DNA of 63,667 nt, counting the filler, from Octopus bimaculoides (lineage: Eukaryota): NCBI RefSeq assembly GCF_001194135.2. It is 7 parts of 6 records of this genome, joined end to end, with 100 filler letters (N's around TTAATTAATTAA, not from the genome) between each part and the next. Parts side by side here need not be neighbours in the genome. Positions count along the whole stretch, not along the records: positions 62,330 to 63,667 come from NW_026338645.1; 6 more parts are not named here. One strand, given 5' to 3'. The position numbers and the translations under genes were made by a program. The notes under the pieces were generated by a model, which did not search any database, had not been told where the DNA came from, and saw only the letters and a list, made by a program, of their open reading frames with translations. Positions 62,881 to 63,667 of this stretch are shown here, in pieces. Numbering within the stretch: the first letter of the stretch is position 1; each line of letters begins with the position of its first letter.

Positions 62881-63409
62881 GAACCCTTTTCAGAATCTCC
62901 ATAATTTCTGGGAGAAATTGGGTAATACTGTGAACTTTGCTAAAGGTACCCGAAGGGCCACGTGGTCACATTATTATTAAACTGTGCGGAGGATTAAGTT
63001 TACCAGCAACAGGATTTGAACTCGGGATGCAAAATGCCAGAATTTATACCATAGGACATCCCAACCGACGCTCTAACAATTCAGCCAGTCAACCGACCTT
63101 GATTAGTATTTTATTTACCGACTCCGCCCCACTGCAGAAAAAAAGAAAGGAGTAAAAAAATTGACTTATTGGGATTTGAACCCGGAATACACAGAATTGG
63201 AGTAAATACGTCAAGACACTTCACCTTATGCTAGAGCTACTCTGTCAGATTGACACTCGAAGTAGTGTGAATTAGCAGAGTAGTTCTAATTGAAATTGTC
63301 CTAATTTGGAAACATCGGAGTTCTTATTCAACAACGATAATCACAAACTAAATCGCTTTCGTTAATTTTACATTTTTTCCTGCTTTCAATGGTTATTTTC
63401 TTTTTTTCT

Positions 63410-63640
63410 TTCTTTTGTTTCAGTCATTTGACTGCGGCCATGCTGGAGCACCGCCTTTAGTCGAATCAAATCGACCGCCAGGACTTATTCTTTGTAAGCC
63501 TAGTACTTATTCTATCGGCAAAATGCTGAACCGCTAATTTATGGAGACCTAAACACACCAGCATCGGTTGTCAAACGATGTTGGAGGGACAAACACAGAT
63601 ACACAACATATACACACACATGCATATATATATAGTCTGT
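63410..63640 (-). mobile_element. SINE family B 3' half
   Basis: TTTCAGTCATTTGACTGCGGCCATGCTGGAGCACCGCC...GCATCGGTTGTCAAACGATG. Confidence 0.85.
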
Positions 63641-63667
63641 TAAAGTCTGTCATACCGGCCATGACGA

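Overview
AT-rich, microsatellite-dense eukaryotic scaffold with many N-gaps. The SINE repertoire and repeat landscape suggest a cephalopod, probably Octopus (inference). One host gene is supported: a PRCC orthologue on the + strand, with five GT-AG coding exons from 31750 to 38320. Its C-terminal PRCC-domain exons are not visible. The rest is decayed mobile DNA: two Gypsy/Ty3 proviruses with paired LTRs and tRNA-Trp PBS motifs plus a third gag fragment; RTE, Tx1/L1-like, CR1/L2-like and RLE-type non-LTR retrotransposons; several Penelope-like (PLE) fragments; two mariner relics; Helitron ends; and several SINE families. The most notable signal is six minimal type-I hammerhead ribozyme motifs from four unrelated sequence families, all with palindromic or near-palindromic stem III (dimer type). 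Two lie in the inverted pseudo-LTRs of a Penelope element, one beside a pLTR-like direct repeat, and three in ~125-bp solo repeats at microsatellites, including one sense copy in PRCC intron 4. Inverted SINE pairs also bracket frame-symmetric PRCC exons, a circRNA/ADAR-type architecture. All identifications come from reading the sequence and remembered family motifs. No database searches or folding programs were run, and identities are by eye.
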